Origin: an uncultured Alphaproteobacteria bacterium
GTDB lineage: Bacteria > Pseudomonadota > Alphaproteobacteria > RF32 > CAG-239
Length of the DNA: 64,000 bases
NCBI GenBank assembly: GCA_944393215.1
Contig: CALXZL010000003.1
Location: 87,238 to 151,237, forward strand
Direction of reading: 5' to 3'
This document shows, piece after piece, positions 10,101 through 19,045 of this stretch (its first letter is position 1; every line of letters begins with the position of its first letter). The position numbers and the translations under genes were made by a program. Under the pieces are notes generated by a model that worked only from the letters and a program-made list of their open reading frames with translations, ran no database searches and was not told the origin of the DNA.

Positions 10101-13100
10101 TAATGATCGTTTAGAAGGCGGAGCCGGAGATGATACTTATATCTATAATCTGGGTGATGGTCTTGATACCATTTATGACACAGATGGAACGGATAAAATT
10201 AAATTTGGGGAAGGAATTACTTTTGATGATTTAAGATTTTCTCGTAAAGGAGATAATCTGGTGATTACATTGTTTAATGACATTACTCAAGGTATTGTTA
10301 TTGAAAGTCAGTTTTACAATAGTAGTTACAGCATAGAACAGCTTGAGTTTGCCGATGGTACTGTAAAAAATCTGAGTGAAATGGGTTTTACCTTTCAACA
10401 AACAAACGGACATGATAATGTTTCCGGAACATCGTATGATGATATTATTTACGGTAATGGAGGCAATGATACTATAAACGGCGGAAATGGAAACGACACC
10501 ATAATTGGCGGCAAAGGTAATGACACCTTATATGGTAGTGATGGCGACGATACCTATGTATGGAATCTCGGGGATGGCTTTGATGTTGTCAGCGATAGTG
10601 ATGGAAACAATACAATCCAGTTTGGCGAAGGTATCAGCTTAGAGAATTTGACCTTTGAACGTCAAAATGGTGACGGTTCGGATTTGTATGTTTTTGTAAA
10701 CGGTGACCGTAATCAAGGCATTAATCTTTCTGGTTTCTTTGACTCTTCATCTCGGAGAAATTATACTTTCAAGTTTGCCGATGGTTCAACCTTTATACCC
10801 AAAGAAAATAGTTTTAACTTTATCTTACCGGAAAGTTCGAGCAATTTGGATGGATTTAGTTATGATGATGTTTTAACCGGAAATAATCAAAATAATGAAA
10901 TATCAGGCGGAAATGGTAATGATACCATAACTGGCGGCAAAGGTAATGACACCTTATATGGTAATGATGGCGACGATACCTATGTATGGAATCTCGGTGA
11001 TGGCTTTGATGTTGTCAGCGATAGTGATGGAAACAATACAATCCAGTTTGGCGAAGGTACCAGCTTAGAGAATTTGACCTTTGAACGTCAAAACGGCGAC
11101 GGTTCGGATTTGTATGTTTTTGTAAACGGTGACCGTAATCAAGGCATTAATCTTTCTGGTTTCTTTGACTCTTCATCTCGGAGAAATTATACTTTCAAGT
11201 TTGCCGATGGTTCAACCTTTGTACCCAAAGAAAGTGGCTTTAACTTTAGTTTGCCGGAAGGTCAGAGTAATTTGAACGGATTTAGTTATGATGATGTTTT
11301 AACCGGAAATAATCAAAATAATGAAATATCGGGCGGAAATGGTAATGATACCATAACTGGCGGCAAAGGTAATGACACCTTATATGGTAGTGATGGCGAC
11401 GATACCTATGTATGGAATCTTGGGGATGGCTTTGATGTTGTCAGCGATAGTGATGGAAACAATACAATCCAGTTTGGCGAAGGTATCAGCTTAGAGAATT
11501 TGACCTTTGAACGTCAAAATGGTGACGGTTCGGATTTGTATGTTTTTGTAAACGGTGACCGTAATCAAGGCATTAATCTTTCTGGTTTCTTTGGCTCTTC
11601 ATCTCGGAGAAATTATACTTTCAAGTTTGCCGATGGTTCAACCTTTGTACCAACGGAAGATATCTCATTGTCGCAATTACCGGAAGTTAATCAAACAATT
11701 AATGGTACGGCAGATGATGATATTTTAACCGGTGGTGATGGTCATGACATCATCAATGTCGGTGATGGTTATAACGATATCACTGGTGGCAAAGGTAATG
11801 ATACAATTACTGGCGGATATGACCGAGATACCTATTATTACAATCTTGGTGACGGATTTGATACAATTACTGATCCGAATGGTAAAGACCAGATTGTTTT
11901 TGGAGAAGGAATAGCCAAAGACGCTTTGACTTTCAGGAGAAGCGGTAATGATTTGTGGCTGATTATCAATGATGATACATCCCAAGGCATGAAGATTGTC
12001 AATTTCTTTGCTTCTGATGATAACAAAATTGAAACACTCAAATTTGCAGATAACAGTTCAATGAATATTGCCACATCTGGTCTCACATTAAAACAATGGG
12101 AGACAGATGATAATATAAGCGGAACTCCATATGATGATGTTATCTACGGCAATGATGGGCTGGATACATTATCCGGCGGCAGTGGCAAAGATACACTGAT
12201 TGGCGGACATGGTAATGATACGCTCAAAGGCGGTGCCGGTAATGATACTTATCGCTGGGATTCTGGTGATGGCTTTGACACTATTGAAGATAATTCAGGT
12301 CAAAACACCGTTGAATTTGGAGAAGGCATAGATTTTAATGATTTAACTTTTACAAAAATTGGTGAGAATCTTTATATAACAGTTAGTGATAATCCTGCTG
12401 AAGGTTTTAACTTGTCAAAATTTTTCAACAATGACAGTTATAAAAACTTTACCCTGAAATTTAAAGATGGAACCCAATATATCTTAAATGAAAATGGTCT
12501 TGTTTTCAGACAAGGAGATACTTTTGATACAATTAACGGAACCAACTTTAATGATATTATTTATGCCAATGACGGCAACGATACCGTTAATGCCTTAGCC
12601 GGTAATGACATTATTTACGGTGGCAAAGGCAACGATGTTATTGATGCCGGAAATGGTAATGATGTTATTTATGGCAGTGAAGGTAACGATACATTAACTG
12701 GTGGAGTTGGTGATGATACCTATATTTATAATCTCGGCGATGGATTTGATACAATCTCGGATGCTGACGGAATTGACAAAATTGTTCTTGGAAGTGGAAT
12801 TACGGCGGATATGCTATCCTTTAGCCGTGAGGGTAATGATTTGCGTATTATTATCAATAATGACAAATTGCAAGGCTTTTTGCTCAAAAATCAGTTTGCT
12901 TCGGGTACCTCAAAAATCGAAAGTATTGAGTTTGCTGATGAAAGTATATTAAGCCTGATTAACAAGGGATTTACATTTAATCAGAACAATATTGATGAGA
13001 CAATTACTGGTACAGCCTATGATGACGTTATCAATGCTCTGGGAGGCAATGATATTATCAATGCTGGAGAAGGTGATGATATTATTACCGGAGGATTGGG

Positions 13101-14355
13101 CAATGATAATCTGAACGGTGGTAATGGAGATGACACTTATATATATAATATGGGTGATGGCTTTGATACCATTATGGAAACATCTGGGGCGGATAAGATT
13201 GTTCTAGGTAATGGAATTTCTAAAGAGAATCTGAGGTTTATTCGTGAAGGTAATAATTTACGTATTTTGATAAATAATGATATAGCTCAAGGTTTTCTGC
13301 TGGTCGATCAATTCAAGAATGCTGATACACGCTTCGAGCAACTCCAGTTTGCCGATAATTCGGTATTAGATTTAGTTAATGATTCTCTGATTTTTGAACA
13401 ATATGATGGCGATGAAACTATAAACGGCACTGATAATGATGATACAATTTACGGAATGAAAGGTAATGATACAATTAATTCCGGAGATGGTGATGATGTG
13501 ATTATCGGTGGTGTTGGTAATGATATTCTTAATGGAGGCTACGGCAGAGATACATATATTTACAATCTGGGTGATGGTATTGATACCATTACGGAAACTC
13601 GAGGAAACGATAAAATCAAATTTGGCGAAGGAATTTCTCAGAGTGATTTAACATATATGCAAGATGGAAAAGATTTACGTATTGTTATTAAAAATGATAC
13701 TAATCAAAACATTTTGATTAAAGATTTTTATAATAATGTTAATAATCAAGTTGAAACACTACAATTCTCAGATGGTTCAACGTTTAATCTCTCTACACAG
13801 GGATTAACGTTGCAACAGACAAATGCTGATGATACAGTTAATGGAACCAACTATAATGATATCATCTACGGAAACGGTGGTCACGATACTATTAACGCCG
13901 GTGAAGGTAATGACACACTGATTGGAGGTATCGGTAATGATATACTAAACGGTGGTAATGGAGATGATATTTATCAATATAATCTAGGAGATGGTTTTGA
14001 TACAATATCGGATAGCAGTGGTAATGATAAAATTGTTTTTGGTGAAGGTATCAGTCAAAACGATTTGTCGTTTGAACAAATTGGTAACAATCTGAAAATC
14101 TCTATCAATGGTGATGAAATTAAAGGTCTTCAAATAAATAACCACTTTAGTTCGAGTACAAATCAGGTTGAAAGTATCGAATTTGCTGATGGTAGCACGC
14201 TTAATATTAGCAATGCCGACCAGCTGATACAGGCGATGAACAGTTTCAGTGTCAGCAATTCAGCTTCGACAGATACTTTATCTAATCCGACTGAAGATGT
14301 CAGCGATATGTATTCTCTGGCGGCCAATCAGGATTTAACCAGAAAAGCAATTTAA
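7192..14355 (+). CDS. Giant RTX-family protein (T1SS substrate) with a hydrophobic-hairpin N-domain, an EF-hand-like module, ~13 RTX/beta-roll repeat modules, and a C-terminal secretion signal
   Basis: ~2387 aa. Dozens of GGxGNDxLxG nonapeptide repeats are present. The C-terminus is acidic and Ser/Thr-rich (..SNPTEDVSDMYSLAANQDLTRKAI). An N-terminal 35-residue hydrophobic segment (YALATGIAILLIPAGATITSAAIATFVIGSLVGLSW) is present. An AAGGAG RBS sits 8 nt upstream of the ATG at 7192. The gene is adjacent to and divergent from hlyBD. Confidence 0.9.
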   Translation: MIEISQEDKNTIDNFFETLKNMAITGGEVTLSKIGDCVSKMPIGDLKNMGRLVKTYGYYGAFFAIQQSIEEHNLGPIGKYALATGIAILLIPAGATITSAAIATFVIGSLVGLSWDYIEKHKDDIFNELKSILTAVGVEMEENTISVNCCTLSQYNRQYTKYEPMCMIQESLFTAETTRSPLVIDLDGDGVETTTVEKGTHFDHDGNGFAERSGWVGKDDGLLVRDINGNGQIDNGTELFGNNSVLSSGQKAANGFEALAELDSNSDGVFNGSDTAWNQVKVWKDTNQNGKVDEGELLTLEQAGIENINLDYQNSNATDINGNTIGQIGSFDKENGAQGNINDIWFNADLMDTVDKTEVDIPADIAALPNVQGFGNVHDLHTAMALDTTGELKALVQQYAAETNSEARQQILYNIIYHWTGVQDMPIDGRDPTQVYGKVIDDTRKLEALEEFMGKEYLGTWCWGERDPNPHGKAAPYILRAFDILAEYVNSELLSQTHYKPLLEKVQLTWNNSTETWNVDVSEAVAQIQGIYNENAENGIVAFREFEALIKNCGYNNLQSIYDAFRNYGSLTGNDLDVMLAKFGYTYGTESNDNLTGTSGVDEINGLAGNDTIYGDAGNDTLDGGAGNDNIFGEDGNDILIGGEGNDYLIGGNGADTYIFNPGFGNDAIDNSDDNASANEPDIIQFGEGILASKTTLGRQGFDLIITVSYDPDEEGNTRPNDSIRIYSYFDQQGTSSATVNSIVFADGTTWDYEYVLGHWNSIPGVNGGETLEGNNEDNTINGTSYNDILIGNGGNDVINAGNGNDRLLGGTGNDTLNGGLGDDAYLWNWGDGMDTIYDTGNHDKISFGEGISFNDLKFRQEGSHLRITVKNNESQGILINNFFSGLDYKIEDLYFHDGSITHLSEIPLILHQLETGENINLTNNGDTVFANGGNDTINGGQNRDIIYAGAGFDTVNAGAGNDLIIGGTGNDRLEGGAGDDTYIYNLGDGLDTIYDTDGTDKIKFGEGITFDDLRFSRKGDNLVITLFNDITQGIVIESQFYNSSYSIEQLEFADGTVKNLSEMGFTFQQTNGHDNVSGTSYDDIIYGNGGNDTINGGNGNDTIIGGKGNDTLYGSDGDDTYVWNLGDGFDVVSDSDGNNTIQFGEGISLENLTFERQNGDGSDLYVFVNGDRNQGINLSGFFDSSSRRNYTFKFADGSTFIPKENSFNFILPESSSNLDGFSYDDVLTGNNQNNEISGGNGNDTITGGKGNDTLYGNDGDDTYVWNLGDGFDVVSDSDGNNTIQFGEGTSLENLTFERQNGDGSDLYVFVNGDRNQGINLSGFFDSSSRRNYTFKFADGSTFVPKESGFNFSLPEGQSNLNGFSYDDVLTGNNQNNEISGGNGNDTITGGKGNDTLYGSDGDDTYVWNLGDGFDVVSDSDGNNTIQFGEGISLENLTFERQNGDGSDLYVFVNGDRNQGINLSGFFGSSSRRNYTFKFADGSTFVPTEDISLSQLPEVNQTINGTADDDILTGGDGHDIINVGDGYNDITGGKGNDTITGGYDRDTYYYNLGDGFDTITDPNGKDQIVFGEGIAKDALTFRRSGNDLWLIINDDTSQGMKIVNFFASDDNKIETLKFADNSSMNIATSGLTLKQWETDDNISGTPYDDVIYGNDGLDTLSGGSGKDTLIGGHGNDTLKGGAGNDTYRWDSGDGFDTIEDNSGQNTVEFGEGIDFNDLTFTKIGENLYITVSDNPAEGFNLSKFFNNDSYKNFTLKFKDGTQYILNENGLVFRQGDTFDTINGTNFNDIIYANDGNDTVNALAGNDIIYGGKGNDVIDAGNGNDVIYGSEGNDTLTGGVGDDTYIYNLGDGFDTISDADGIDKIVLGSGITADMLSFSREGNDLRIIINNDKLQGFLLKNQFASGTSKIESIEFADESILSLINKGFTFNQNNIDETITGTAYDDVINALGGNDIINAGEGDDIITGGLGNDNLNGGNGDDTYIYNMGDGFDTIMETSGADKIVLGNGISKENLRFIREGNNLRILINNDIAQGFLLVDQFKNADTRFEQLQFADNSVLDLVNDSLIFEQYDGDETINGTDNDDTIYGMKGNDTINSGDGDDVIIGGVGNDILNGGYGRDTYIYNLGDGIDTITETRGNDKIKFGEGISQSDLTYMQDGKDLRIVIKNDTNQNILIKDFYNNVNNQVETLQFSDGSTFNLSTQGLTLQQTNADDTVNGTNYNDIIYGNGGHDTINAGEGNDTLIGGIGNDILNGGNGDDIYQYNLGDGFDTISDSSGNDKIVFGEGISQNDLSFEQIGNNLKISINGDEIKGLQINNHFSSSTNQVESIEFADGSTLNISNADQLIQAMNSFSVSNSASTDTLSNPTEDVSDMYSLAANQDLTRKAI
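10417..11700 (+). repeat. Three near-identical tandem 426-bp (142-aa) repeats inside the RTX gene
   Basis: The unit containing ggcggcaaaggtaatgacaccttatatggt recurs at 10507, 10933 and 11359, and the protein segments (GNGNDTI.GGKGNDTLYG.DGDDTYVWNLGDGFDVVSDSDGNNTIQFGEG.SLENLTFERQNGDGSDLYVFVNGDRNQGINLSGFF.SSSRRNYTFKFADGSTF) are almost identical. Confidence 0.85.
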
Positions 14356-14375
14356 AGGAGGTATTAAATGACAAA

Positions 14376-14411
14376 AATCCCCCTACTCTTTAGAGCAGGG
14401 GGATTTTTTGT
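14376..14411. terminator. Bidirectional intrinsic terminator between the convergent RTX and DUF1273 genes
   Basis: Hairpin aatccccctactctttagagcagggggatt followed by TTTTTTG on the plus strand. It overlaps the last codons of the minus-strand gene. Confidence 0.6.
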
Positions 14412-14853
14412 AATATTTAGATAAATTTATAATATTCTTCTTTAATCTTTTTGTATATTGAAAAGCATCATAAGCTCCGCCATATTCTCTATTAATATAA
14501 GCAATAACAAAATCAGTATTTTTAGCCATATAGCGATTTCGGGTAGAAATAGCGAATTTATAAGGGGCAGATTCAACTTCCGGCGGATAATCAAAGGAAT
14601 CAAAGGGAAATACTTTGTCATATTGATGTAATTGTCTGGGATATGCGATTATTAATATTATGGAAATATGAGGAAAATCTTTTTGTAGTTTATTAAGAAC
14701 TTTTGTCGCCAAAGAATCAAAATTTCCGTAACCGCCAATCCAAAATGTATCAACATTTTCTTCGGTTATTAATTTTCTGACTTGTTTTTCTATTGAGCTT
14801 TCAAGAGCTAAAGGAGCATCTCTATGCCCAAAGAACGCGCATATCTTACCCAT
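14383..14853 (-). CDS. DUF1273 / YpsA-like (SLOG-fold) protein
   Basis: 156 aa. The pattern FFGHRD...WIGGYGNFDSLA...ILIIAYP...VIAYINREYGGAY resembles the YpsA/DUF1273 family. This is an inference from motif memory. Confidence 0.5.
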   Translation of the reverse strand: MGKICAFFGHRDAPLALESSIEKQVRKLITEENVDTFWIGGYGNFDSLATKVLNKLQKDFPHISIILIIAYPRQLHQYDKVFPFDSFDYPPEVESAPYKFAISTRNRYMAKNTDFVIAYINREYGGAYDAFQYTKRLKKNIINLSKYYKKSPCSKE

Positions 14854-14859
14854 GCAATT

Positions 14860-15130
14860 CTCGAACTTAAAACGACCACCTTTTGCACAAAGGTGGTCGG
14901 GGTAGTTCGTAAATCATACAGCAAGTGATGACCTTTTGACCTTTAGGTATATTACCTTGAACATACGCCAAAAGCTCCCCGACCATAATCGGGGATATAT
15001 TTATTGCCACAATAAGACAATATTACGGTGTTATATCCAAAACGCCGCTTGCTGTATAAGAGCTTACGAATGCTCCGCACCTAAGTGCTAAACAGCATTA
15101 TTTATGCTGTCTGCCCTTGAATATAAAATA
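14860..15130. other. GC-rich, hairpin-dense ~270-bp noncoding element between the phage spanin genes and the DUF1273 gene; candidate structured RNA leader or prophage end/cos remnant
   Basis: ~45% GC against a ~35% background. Strong hairpins: gaccacctttgtgcaaaaggtggtc, ccccgaccataatcgggg and cagcattatttatgctg. On the minus strand the first hairpin is followed by GTTTTAAGTT immediately upstream of the DUF1273 start. Confidence 0.35.
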
Positions 15131-15155
15131 ACTTTATTAAATTTCAACTAAAAAA

Positions 15156-15407
15156 TTAAAGGCATAATTCATCATAAACCACATTGTTGCGGTCGATTTG
15201 GTTAATGGTTTCCGGTGTATCATTGAGATAATCTGGGTACACTGGTTCATAAATAAGGCAAAAATCACCGCTTATATTTGTTGTGCAAGCGGTTAATGCG
15301 CTCGCTATCAGACAAGCTATCGCGAGCTTTTTTAGCAATTTTATGGGCATTGTTTTCTCCTTCCAACTGTTCTTTTTCTGCGGTTTCTTTGGCTTGTCGA
15401 TAGCCAA
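15156..15407 (-). CDS. Phage o-spanin-like lipoprotein (Rz1-like), overlapping the i-spanin gene out of frame
   Basis: 83 aa with signal peptide and lipobox (..ASALTAC TTN). It lies inside or overlaps 15265-15474 in another frame, as lambda Rz/Rz1 do. Confidence 0.5.
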   Translation of the reverse strand: MAIDKPKKPQKKNSWKEKTMPIKLLKKLAIACLIASALTACTTNISGDFCLIYEPVYPDYLNDTPETINQIDRNNVVYDELCL

Positions 15408-15474
15408 ACATATATAAAAAAAGAGCGATGGTCGTGAAAACCACCGCTCTAAACTTCTTTAGAATCTCCATCAT
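15265..15474 (-). CDS. Phage i-spanin-like protein (Rz-like; N-terminal TM plus charged coiled coil)
   Basis: 69 aa: an N-terminal TM (VVFTTIALFLYMFGY), then a charged helical region. It overlaps the o-spanin-like ORF. Confidence 0.45.
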   Translation of the reverse strand: MMEILKKFRAVVFTTIALFLYMFGYRQAKETAEKEQLEGENNAHKIAKKARDSLSDSERINRLHNKYKR

Positions 15475-15667
15475 CTTTTTTTCTCCGATTAATTCCGATA
15501 TCTCTTATTCCGCTTATACCAAGCATTATTCCCAAACTGGTGAGCAACTGTTCCCAGTCCACCAAATCAACGTGAAAATACGGTGCAATAACACAGTTAT
15601 TGAAAAATCCGTAGCACAAAATCCAGCCGATTATAGGAATCCAACTTCGTTTATTTAGTCGAAACAT
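15449..15667 (-). CDS. Holin-like small membrane protein
   Basis: 72 aa with two hydrophobic helices and a charged C-terminus (RRKKDDGDSKEV). It sits immediately upstream of the spanin pair. Confidence 0.4.
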   Translation of the reverse strand: MFRLNKRSWIPIIGWILCYGFFNNCVIAPYFHVDLVDWEQLLTSLGIMLGISGIRDIGINRRKKDDGDSKEV

Positions 15668-16074
15668 AAATCTATTCCTTCTTGGATAACTTCATCAGAA
15701 TAGGGCTGAATGCCGTTTTCCATACGGATAACTGCTTTAATAAACACCGTTAAAACACCTCGTTCTTCAATGTCTATCTTAGTATCAGGATAAACTTCGA
15801 GTTGCTTGGCTACGGTCTGGATATAAGCAGCAGTTTGATTTTCATTTGGCGGTGCATAACGGCTGACTATTTGCCGAACGGTATTAAGACCATGGATTTT
15901 TTTATAATTTATTAAAACCTTTGCCAGCGCACGAATACCAAAAACCGGACTTTCAAATACGCAAAAGGCGGAATCAATATTCCGCCCATTTGGATTTAAC
16001 CCTTGCCAATTAGCCCCTTGACGTATGTTTCCGGGGTTGTTATTTCTTATTCCTCTTGATAACTGTTCCTTCAT
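15655..16074 (-). CDS. Phage-associated protein (possible cell-wall hydrolase or virion protein; NNNPGNIR motif)
   Basis: 139 aa. Assigned by position ahead of holin and spanins in a lysis-cassette-like order. The family is not securely recognised. Confidence 0.4.
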   Translation of the reverse strand: MKEQLSRGIRNNNPGNIRQGANWQGLNPNGRNIDSAFCVFESPVFGIRALAKVLINYKKIHGLNTVRQIVSRYAPPNENQTAAYIQTVAKQLEVYPDTKIDIEERGVLTVFIKAVIRMENGIQPYSDEVIQEGIDLCFD

Positions 16075-16651
16075 TGTGTATTTCCCATATTAGTTGTCGT
16101 AAATCATCAATTTTGGTTTCAAGGCGATTGATATGCACTTGTGTGGCATATTCTCTTGCAACCTGAACCTTAAAATCGTTTAGTTCTTTGCGGAGTTCGC
16201 CGACTTTGTACACCAACCAGACAAAAGCCGGCACGCAAACCATTTGTAAAAACTCAAGCCATTCCATAAGTTTGTCCTTCATGTACTCGGTTACCGGTGT
16301 TTTGCGGTTTAATTCACCACCGAGGGCTTGCATTTGTCCTTTGGTGAAGATTGTTTCACCGCGTTTAGCTATAATCGGAACTTCATCACCGACCAAACCA
16401 CCGCTGTGGAATTTTGGCGCACCAATGAAAACCGCCGGATTTACAGATTTACTTGCTAAATTAATTGAAGTAAAAAGCGGCTTTCCGCGGTTTTGCCCGA
16501 TATGCTCGGGGTGATGAATATGTAAAATGAGCTTTCGACCGAAAGAAGTGCGTGCAGGGATTTTTTGCCATTTATTGACACCTTTAATCGGTCGCCAACT
16601 TAACAACTCTTTTGCTGAAAGTGAGGCTCCTTTATAACTTGTATCATCCAT
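16040..16651 (-). CDS. Phage-associated hypothetical protein with a C-terminal TM helix and coiled coil
   Basis: 203 aa. A TM helix (VCVPAFVWLVYKV) is followed by a heptad-like charged region. Confidence 0.35.
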   Translation of the reverse strand: MDDTSYKGASLSAKELLSWRPIKGVNKWQKIPARTSFGRKLILHIHHPEHIGQNRGKPLFTSINLASKSVNPAVFIGAPKFHSGGLVGDEVPIIAKRGETIFTKGQMQALGGELNRKTPVTEYMKDKLMEWLEFLQMVCVPAFVWLVYKVGELRKELNDFKVQVAREYATQVHINRLETKIDDLRQLIWEIHNEGTVIKRNKK

Positions 16652-16721
16652 TATTTTAACCTTTTAAAACAAAAACAGCAGGATTTTTATTTCCTGCCGT
16701 TTGATATAAATTAAATGTTTG

Positions 16722-17612
16722 TTACATATTGATATTTAGAAAACTCTGATAATCTCTAGCGTTTTCAGGAAAACCCATTATATCATAATTTATGAAATGT
16801 GTTTTTTGACAATATTCATCTATTAAATTATATACTCTTTCAATCCAAGATGTGGTTGGAGAAATTTGCAGCATAAAATACGCGATAATATAAAATTGAG
16901 CGTATAATTTATCTGAGGAGGCACCAAAATCTATAATTAATTCACCATCTCTTTTTAAATTCATTGGTTTGATACTAAAAATTCTACTCCACAACAAAGA
17001 ATAATGAGCACAAATGTTTCTTGAGGCTGATAATGAAAGAAGCCAAGAAGACATGACTTTATTTTTTAGATTGAAAGTATCTGCTATATCCTGCCTTAGA
17101 TTTCCTTTTAGCTCATCATAAAATGCACTCAAACAACCAAATGTTAAATGCTTGATTATATCCCAACAACAAACTTGATTATCATTTATATTAATTTTTT
17201 TATCTGTTTGATACCAAACATTATCTTTGACTTTTTTAAAAATATCCTCATAACCACTATTGAAATTATTAGAATCATATATAAAATAAGCATCGTAGGT
17301 ATTAACAGAGACTGTATCTACAATACAATTTCGGATAGCAATTTCAATGCGTTCTAATGCTTCAATAAAAAGAGTTCGTAATTGCCTATCAAAAACATAT
17401 ATATTGAGCAGGTCATCAAAAGAAAAACTATTTTCAAATTGTCCTTGAGAATTGCAAAACATCTTGAAATATGTTTTGAATCTGGTATATCCGATTGTCC
17501 TGAGGTATTTTTTTGCTCTGTTATTGTCAAAAACGACAAGATTTTTTGATATTAAATGTTCTAATAAAGCATCGTATGTTAGTGGAGTATCTTGAGTAGG
17601 CATATTTTGCAC
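16722..17612 (-). CDS. Abi-like abortive-infection protein (Abi_2 / AbiD-AbiF family)
   Basis: 296 aa. The N-terminal pattern LTYDALLEHLISKNLVVFDNNRAKKYLRTIGYTRFKTYFKMF..DRQLRTLFIEALERIEIAIR matches the conserved Abi_2 N-terminus. The gene is embedded in the prophage remnant. Confidence 0.6.
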   Translation of the reverse strand: MQNMPTQDTPLTYDALLEHLISKNLVVFDNNRAKKYLRTIGYTRFKTYFKMFCNSQGQFENSFSFDDLLNIYVFDRQLRTLFIEALERIEIAIRNCIVDTVSVNTYDAYFIYDSNNFNSGYEDIFKKVKDNVWYQTDKKININDNQVCCWDIIKHLTFGCLSAFYDELKGNLRQDIADTFNLKNKVMSSWLLSLSASRNICAHYSLLWSRIFSIKPMNLKRDGELIIDFGASSDKLYAQFYIIAYFMLQISPTTSWIERVYNLIDEYCQKTHFINYDIMGFPENARDYQSFLNINM

Positions 17613-17751
17613 CTAGTATTTAAAAAAAATCTACCCAGAGGTTCACATTATCTTCACACAAAGTGCAAAGCAAGAGGTCTTTCTGGGTTTGTTCTGAGTT
17701 AAACATAACCTATAAAAATAAAAAAGTCAAGATATGTGTACACTTTTTTAA

Positions 17752-17979
17752 TCAAAAACTCACTCTAATGACTTTTCTTTTTTTAATTCCCTTTGCTTGG
17801 CTTATTTTTCCTTGCAAATATGAAATATATTCTTTTAGTTTTGCGGCATCGGCTTGAGCGTAAGATGTTGAGCCAACACCTTCAACATTAACGCTGACGG
17901 TTCTTGCTCCAATCATAAGCTCATGATAAGCCAGCTCCGCTTCCTCTAATTGTTTTTCTAAAATTTCAATCTTTGTCAT
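17752..17979 (-). CDS. Phage head-tail joining protein, lambda gpW-like
   Basis: 75 aa. AELAYHELMIGARTVSVNVEGVGSTSYAQADAAKLKEYISYLQ resembles lambda gpW (..[39 protein letters not shown]..). Confidence 0.5.
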   Translation of the reverse strand: MTKIEILEKQLEEAELAYHELMIGARTVSVNVEGVGSTSYAQADAAKLKEYISYLQGKISQAKGIKKRKVIRVSF

Positions 17980-18185
17980 TGTAAATCCTTATAAATAGGG
18001 GTCTTGTGCTTTGACTATCTTTGGCAAAATATCAAGTTTTGGTTTTTTCTTTGTTGCCGAATTAACCTTTTCTCATCTTATCTAAATCATAACGGAAAAT
18101 TTTTGAAAATGTCCATACAAAAAATCAGCGTATCAGAAAGAATAAGTTTTTTATAGTTCAATACAGCTCCATACAAGGGATAAAC

Positions 18186-18701
18186 TTATTCTATGTTAAA
18201 AGCATCATCATATTTCATTACCCCATTTAATGGAAATGGGTTATTCGTTAAACAAAGAGCCATAAAGTATTCATCATCAATGATAAAAGGGGCTTTTATT
18301 CCATATCTACTTGCTGGAATATATCCTGATTTTGAATAATACTCGGGATATCCTAAGACAACAGAAAAGTCATATCCCAATTCTTTTGCTATCTTATGCC
18401 CTGTTTGTATCAAAGAAAGTCCTATCCCTTTTCTTTGATATTGGGGTAAAACAGATAAGGGGGCAAGAGCAAGAACTTTATGGTTATTTACTTTGGCTTT
18501 TGTGAATAAAATGTGTCCAACTATTTTATCATTGTCCACTGCAACTAAAGATAATTCAGGTATGTAAGATGTGCTTTTTCTTAATGCCTTAACCAAATCT
18601 TGTTCATTACCATCGCTATGGACAGCTGTTTTGAAAGCCTCAGTTATAACATAATTTATTTCTGCATAGTCAGTTTGTTTTTCTGCTCTGATTGTAAACA
18701 T
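18186..18701 (-). CDS. GNAT-family N-acetyltransferase
   Basis: 171 aa. The acetyl-CoA binding motif is QRKGIGLSLIQ. Confidence 0.75.
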   Translation of the reverse strand: MFTIRAEKQTDYAEINYVITEAFKTAVHSDGNEQDLVKALRKSTSYIPELSLVAVDNDKIVGHILFTKAKVNNHKVLALAPLSVLPQYQRKGIGLSLIQTGHKIAKELGYDFSVVLGYPEYYSKSGYIPASRYGIKAPFIIDDEYFMALCLTNNPFPLNGVMKYDDAFNIE

Positions 18702-18837
18702 TTTTAATTTCCCTTTATTCTTTTGCTTAAGTGTAATTTAAGCCTTTATTTTTTTCAATGCTATTTGGTTATCTTTTCACTTAAAAAATCGAGGGCTTTG
18801 TTGAGCTTTTCATTACCGGAGCTTCGAGATATTCCCA

Positions 18838-19045
18838 AATGCGTTCTTTCATCTGGAGAACAAGCCGCTTAGTTTATTAAAATTTAAGAAAAGTGAATTT
18901 TAATAAGTTAAGAAGGCGATATTGAAAAATAAAAAATGAGAAATAAATATTTTAAGGTAAAATTTTTTAGGGAGTTAAAATGAGAAAAATTATTAGTTTT
19001 TTGTTTTTATTGATGGGATTTTTGCTTAATGTAGAAGTTAGCTAT
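18838..19045 (+). repeat. Copy C of the repeated promoter/5'UTR/signal-peptide cassette
   Basis: Near-identical to 4236-4442, including the RBS and the first ~20 codons (MRKIISFLFLLMGFLLNV). Confidence 0.8.

Noticed and set aside
14860-15130. Structured region as tmRNA, RNase P RNA, 6S RNA or SRP RNA
   Set aside because: No tRNA-like acceptor/T-arm end, no GGGGCUGAUUC tmRNA start, no RNase P P4 motifs and no SRP domain-IV motif are present. It is kept only as an unclassified structured element.
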